Assembly (NCBI GenBank): GCA_934087065.1
Contig: CAKOIS010000004.1
Coordinates: forward strand, 419 to 64,418
Direction of reading: 5' to 3'
DNA: 64,000 bases
From: an uncultured Bacilli bacterium
GTDB taxonomy: Bacteria; Bacillota_I; Bacilli_A; RF39; UBA660
The position numbers and the translations under genes were made by a program. Below the pieces are notes generated by a model that was not told where the DNA came from, made no database searches, and worked only from the letters and a program-made list of their open reading frames with translations. Position 1 is the stretch's first letter, and every line of letters starts with the position of its first letter. This document shows positions 60,925 to 64,000 of the stretch, in pieces.

Positions 60925-62922
60925 TTACTCTCCTTTATTTTCTCTCATTTTAATTAAGGCTTCATTAATTGCATCATCTATAGTAGTACTCTCACTTGTT
61001 ATCATAAAGTATCCCATACTAGCTCCATATTCATAAGGAAGAGATTTAAACTCCTTCATTAACTTATTAACATAAGTAACTATTTGATTTTCTTCATAAC
61101 CAACTAAATATATAAGAAATTCATTACCATCTGTTCTAATAATCTCACTATTCTCTCTTTGTGTTTTAATAAGAATACTAGCTGCACTCTTAATCTGTCT
61201 ATCTCCCTCTTCATGCCCTTTAGTATCATTAATAATTGAAATATTATTTAAATCAATTACTACAACAGCTTGAGGATACACTTTATTATCTTCCCAATAA
61301 CTTAAATTATCATTTAAATAATTTCTATTCTTTAAGTTAGTCATTACATCTAAATACATCATCTTATCTTCTTTTTTGATCTTCTTAGTTACTTTAACTT
61401 TTCTATTAAACTTATAAAGTAAGAATACTACTGCAATAACAAGAAGAACTAAATAAGTAATATTACTTATAATAAACTCAATTAAAATATTTCTACTAGC
61501 CATATTTAAACTATTATCAATAGCCATACTCTCAATATTCTTATTACTAGTAGTGCTCAAATAAAAGTTAAATAAATTATTTAAAACTTTATTATCATTA
61601 TTTAAAAGGAATGTATTACTAACAGTACTCTCACCCATATATTTAATCACATATTTTTTAAGACTACTATTTTTATAATAATCATATGTACTCTTTTCAA
61701 TTACAAGAATATCTTCCTCAGTCAAACTCTTAAACATTTTTTTATAATTTTTATAAGTATTTATATTACTATTTATACTACTTATATACTTATAAAGTTT
61801 AGTATTCCCAACCATTTTAATATTATCATCACTTATTGAAACTAAATTATCAAAACTATCTTTATTACTTTGATGTGCTAAAATTACATACTTAATGCTA
61901 CCTAAACTTACACTATCAACATAGTTCGAGCTATTTACATCATAATAGTTTACTGCTAAATCCACTTTTTTATTATTTAATGCTTCTATTAATTTATTAA
62001 CATCTTTGTATTCAATGTATTTATAAGTAGCTCCTGTCATATCACTAAATATACCTAAATACATATCAGTAATACCACTAAAATTTCTATTAAGCTTTCC
62101 TTCAAAAGGCATATTATCAACATACCCTACGATTAAATCATCACTTGTTACTCTTTCCTTTTCAACTTCTGTTAAATTGTACGCATCATAATATAACTCT
62201 AAGAAATGACTATTAATGCTAGGTAAAATTTCACTTTTCCACATATTAAATGCTTTAGTAAATATCTTACTCATCGTGCTACTAGAGTCATTCATACTTA
62301 AAACATAATGAGAGTGTAGCCCATCGATATGATAAACTATATTATATTTGTTATAAACTATAGAATTAATATACTTTTGCATTGGCAATATTGCATATAA
62401 AACGCTATCACTCATTTGGTCAGTTAAATCATTAAAATGACTAAAACTAACAATATTCACATTATATTCACTCATATACTTACTAACATAATCTTTATCA
62501 GTATCCATAACAGCAACATTTTTACCACTTAAGCTATTTAAATCAACTATCTCGTCACTCAACGTACTAACAACAACAAAGTGGTCAGTATAAAATAGTA
62601 AATCATTACTACCTAGTTCATTCTTATTTGCAAATTTATAAGTTCCACTTCCATTAACTTGAACATTAAAAGTAAGTTTAGTATCTCTTTCCATGTAATT
62701 AACAAAATCATAAAATACCCCAACACCACTATTACTAAATATTGGTAAACTTCCTTCAACACTTACATCTATTACATTATTTAAGTTTGAATTTATAAAA
62801 CTCTTCTCACTAAAAGAATAACCGTTTTTCCTACCATTCAAGTACATTAGTAAACATAATATTAAAACAATTAAAACTAAAACAAGCCCACCTATTAAAA
62901 AATATTTCTTATTTTTTTTCAT
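60925..62922 (-). CDS. Membrane protein with large extracytoplasmic sensor region and C-terminal degenerate GGDEF domain (DGNEF)
   Basis: TM1, ~450-aa external region, TM2, GGDEF-domain motifs (DLNNISIINDTKGHEEGD ... RTDGNEFLIY); active-site GG[DE]EF replaced by DGNEF. Confidence 0.7.
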   Translation of the reverse strand: MKKNKKYFLIGGLVLVLIVLILCLLMYLNGRKNGYSFSEKSFINSNLNNVIDVSVEGSLPIFSNSGVGVFYDFVNYMERDTKLTFNVQVNGSGTYKFANKNELGSNDLLFYTDHFVVVSTLSDEIVDLNSLSGKNVAVMDTDKDYVSKYMSEYNVNIVSFSHFNDLTDQMSDSVLYAILPMQKYINSIVYNKYNIVYHIDGLHSHYVLSMNDSSSTMSKIFTKAFNMWKSEILPSINSHFLELYYDAYNLTEVEKERVTSDDLIVGYVDNMPFEGKLNRNFSGITDMYLGIFSDMTGATYKYIEYKDVNKLIEALNNKKVDLAVNYYDVNSSNYVDSVSLGSIKYVILAHQSNKDSFDNLVSISDDNIKMVGNTKLYKYISSINSNINTYKNYKKMFKSLTEEDILVIEKSTYDYYKNSSLKKYVIKYMGESTVSNTFLLNNDNKVLNNLFNFYLSTTSNKNIESMAIDNSLNMASRNILIEFIISNITYLVLLVIAVVFLLYKFNRKVKVTKKIKKEDKMMYLDVMTNLKNRNYLNDNLSYWEDNKVYPQAVVVIDLNNISIINDTKGHEEGDRQIKSAASILIKTQRENSEIIRTDGNEFLIYLVGYEENQIVTYVNKLMKEFKSLPYEYGASMGYFMITSESTTIDDAINEALIKMRENKGE

Positions 62923-62931
62923 TATAACTCC

Positions 62932-63405
62932 TTAATTATTACTCCAAATTATTTGACTACCTTTAGCCTTTTTAGCACCCGCTATTGGATAAATTGCTTT
63001 TTCATCTTTCTCTATCTTCTCATCACTACAAGTAATCAAAAACTGTACATCATAATACTCTAAATCTTCAGATTTAAACTTTTCTAATGCTTTAACAGCA
63101 TACCCTTCTGCATCTATTTTACTTACTCCATCACTTACATTCATTATAATATAAATAATCTTTCCTTTTACTTCAACACTAACATCACTAACATTTTCTT
63201 CATAAATACCTTTTATATCACTAGCAATGCTCTCACTAATTTTATGATTATCTATATCTTTTAGTCTATCTCCATAAGGATTTTTATTATTACCATAAAA
63301 ATAACTAATTAGCCCTACTCCTATTAAAACTAATGAAATTAATATAATAATAGCTAACACAAATAATGTCCTATTTTCTTTTAAAATTTTCTTCACATCA
63401 ATCAC
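62932..63405 (-). CDS. N-terminally anchored extracytoplasmic protein, unknown
   Basis: Single TM; operon position after GGDEF gene. Confidence 0.4.
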   Translation of the reverse strand: MIDVKKILKENRTLFVLAIIILISLVLIGVGLISYFYGNNKNPYGDRLKDIDNHKISESIASDIKGIYEENVSDVSVEVKGKIIYIIMNVSDGVSKIDAEGYAVKALEKFKSEDLEYYDVQFLITCSDEKIEKDEKAIYPIAGAKKAKGSQIIWSNN

Positions 63406-63484
63406 CTATATAAGATTATACTATATTTTATAGAATATTTCTAGTTTACATTAAGTTATACACTATTACAAGAAAAAATGAGCA

Positions 63485-63853
63485 TTAAAGCCCAGATTTT
63501 TCATAAATAACCTTAGTACTCTTACTATCAGTTAAATGAATATTGTCAACCTCATCAGAATTAAGTGGTATAACTATAGTAAATTCTCCTTTGTTATATT
63601 TACTAGATACTAAAACATTCTTAATTTCAACATACAACTCTTTTCCAACCAAAGTATATTCGTAATCCTTATATGCAAGCGAACTATTTGTATATCTTCC
63701 TACTATAGTTATATTGTTTCCTACTGTAACCTTGTTTACATCAATATCTTCATAACTAGAGTTACCAATTATAAATTTCTTAACATAAATAAATATAAAC
63801 ACCAAAAGTACAACAGCTATACCAATAATAGAATACTTAACAATTTTATTCAT
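63485..63853 (-). CDS. Small membrane-anchored protein, unknown
   Basis: N-terminal TM; 8-nt overlap with upstream partial gene. Confidence 0.4.
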   Translation of the reverse strand: MNKIVKYSIIGIAVVLLVFIFIYVKKFIIGNSSYEDIDVNKVTVGNNITIVGRYTNSSLAYKDYEYTLVGKELYVEIKNVLVSSKYNKGEFTIVIPLNSDEVDNIHLTDSKSTKVIYEKSGL

Positions 63854-64000
63854 AATTCATAATCTCCTTTAATTCACTTTCTCCCCATATAGGAATATTT
63901 AATCTAACCGCATCATCATACTTTTTACCAGGGTCACTTCCTACGATGACAACACTTGTATTTTTACTAACACTACTGCTAGTTTGTCCCCCTCTATCTT
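63846..64000 (-). CDS. 3' end of an unidentified gene continuing beyond the window
   Basis: Open frame to window edge encoding ...VVIVGSDPGKKYDDAVRLNIPIWGESELKEIMNYE*. Confidence 0.35.
   Translation of the reverse strand, partial: DRGGQTSSSVSKNTSVVIVGSDPGKKYDDAVRLNIPIWGESELKEIMNYE

Noticed and set aside
1-64000. Alternative genetic code (UGA=Trp, Mollicutes-like) suggested by the very low GC
   Set aside because: Conserved proteins (TypA, FtsH, LysS, RNase R) are full-length and uninterrupted under the standard code, and a cell wall is clearly present (LtaS, LCP, WecA-like).
1-64000. tRNA/rRNA genes, integrases, transposases or prophage blocks
   Set aside because: No GC-rich cloverleaf-sized islands outside coding regions apart from terminators and the T-box; no ORF with integrase/transposase motifs; the only mobile-element trace is the RhuM remnant.

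Overview
AT-rich (roughly 30% GC by eye) Bacillota-type chromosomal window. Long ORFs are intact under the standard code, so not a Mollicute. No rRNA or tRNA genes, CRISPR arrays, integrases or transposases were found. Conserved housekeeping backbone: an ABC importer, typA-queH, gpsA, rnr, psd, a dagK-like lipid kinase, htrA, rplM-rpsI, dusB, a T-box-regulated lysS, a clpC-like gene, ftsH-tilS, and an origin-proximal-style array (parA-parB-DUF951-abgT-ychF ... rpsF-ssb-rpsR). Interleaved with this backbone are accessory islets: (1) a translationally coupled two-gene module, an AAA_21/ABC-like ATPase plus a small DUF4276/TOPRIM-like protein (9687-11347), between ltaS-like and gpsA. It is a candidate split OLD/PARIS-like anti-phage module. 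(2) A solitary Abi_2 (AbiD/F-like) abortive-infection gene fused into the htrA locus. (3) A sipW-type signal-peptidase operon next to a large secreted protein with a TasA/camelysin-like N-terminus and SipW-cognate signal. Its ~330-aa C-terminal domain of unknown family recurs twice in an 898-aa paralogue inserted between ychF and rpsF, and contains a striking ~100-bp GC-rich, GC3-biased codon patch. (4) An adjacent dockerin-bearing hydrolase and cohesin-bearing membrane scaffold next to LCP and WecA/TagO-like cell-wall genes. (5) A decayed RhuM-family gene remnant ending in a perfect 29-bp palindrome. (6) An N-terminally truncated DUF4143 ATPase pseudogene between parA and ftsH. (7) Several operator-like repeat arrays and a consensus sigma-A promoter driving a T-box leader upstream of lysS.
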